From assembly GCA_049840735.1 (NCBI GenBank), contig JASGJN010000004.1, forward strand, positions 96,001 through 160,000: a DNA stretch of 64,000 nt. The letters are read 5' to 3'. Numbering within the stretch: position 1 is the first letter of the stretch; each line of letters opens with the position of its first letter. Origin of the DNA: Anaeromyxobacter sp. (GTDB lineage: Bacteria > Myxococcota > Myxococcia > Myxococcales > Anaeromyxobacteraceae). Shown piece after piece: positions 63,553 through 64,000 of the stretch. A model generated the notes under the pieces. The model saw nothing but the letters and a program-made list of their open reading frames with translations. It was not told the DNA's origin and did no database searches. The position numbers and the translations under genes were made by a program.

Positions 63553-64000
63553 ATGCCGTCGCGCAGCTCCACAGCCACCGCCGCCGCGCTGGCCCTGCTC
63601 CTCGCCTGCGGGCCGGGCGATCCGCCCTCCCCTCCACCGCCGACCGGGCCGAGCGGGCCCACCGGCACGAGCGGCCCCACGGGCCCGACGGGCCCGACCG
63701 GCGCCACCGGGCCCACCGGGCCCACCGGCACGCCCTCGACCTCGACCGTGTCGCTGGAGGTGGCGCCGGGCGGCGCGCCGGCGGGCGTCACCGAGGTGGA
63801 CTGGGAGGTGGTGGCGGTGGGGCTCTCCACCGGCGCGGCCCCGGCCGCGGGAGGCGCCTGCGACGAGGGCGGCACCGGGCACGAGCTGCGGACCACGGTG
63901 ACGTTCGCTCCCGGCGGCGCGGCCGCGCCGGTGGGGAGCGTCGACCTGCCGCCCGGGGGCTCGCTCCAGTCGGCCTGGCTGGTGCTGCGCGAAGGGCGGC
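63553..64000 (+). CDS. Lipoprotein with short collagen-like (G-P-T) linker; runs off the window
   Basis: Manual translation: MPSRSSTATAAALALLLA-C GPGDPPSPPPPTGPSGPTGTSGPTGPTGPTGATGPTGPTGTPSTSTVSLEV...; open to the window end. Confidence 0.75.
   Translation, partial: MPSRSSTATAAALALLLACGPGDPPSPPPPTGPSGPTGTSGPTGPTGPTGATGPTGPTGTPSTSTVSLEVAPGGAPAGVTEVDWEVVAVGLSTGAAPAAGGACDEGGTGHELRTTVTFAPGGAAAPVGSVDLPPGGSLQSAWLVLREGR

Overview
A 64-kb stretch of very GC-rich chromosomal DNA with about 47 protein-coding genes. The gene content (nrfHA, multi-HAMP MCPs, many kinases, sigma54 systems) suggests an Anaeromyxobacter-like myxobacterium; this is inference. No rRNA, tRNA or CRISPR array was found. Main content: an fsr/LysR/hydrolase cluster, two long multi-HAMP chemoreceptors, a surface FN3/CBM pullulanase, six histidine kinases, four standalone response regulators, an ECF sigma/anti-sigma pair, a PilZ-like plus PhcB-like methyltransferase, a sigma54-promoter nrfHA locus directly downstream of a kinase/bEBP pair, a glycerolipid operon (acyltransferase, gpsA, App1-like phosphatase, ACBP), and a GH13 lacking its catalytic nucleophile. 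The most unusual feature is a ~1.6-kb HNH-endonuclease unit (49038-50672). It is bounded by three direct copies of a 31-33-bp sequence and has a hairpin-rich ~350-nt non-coding region upstream of the gene, so it may be an undescribed mobile or RNA-associated nuclease element. About ten apparent small indels break otherwise intact genes, which most likely reflects long-read assembly error. All family assignments come from motif recognition; no database searches were run.
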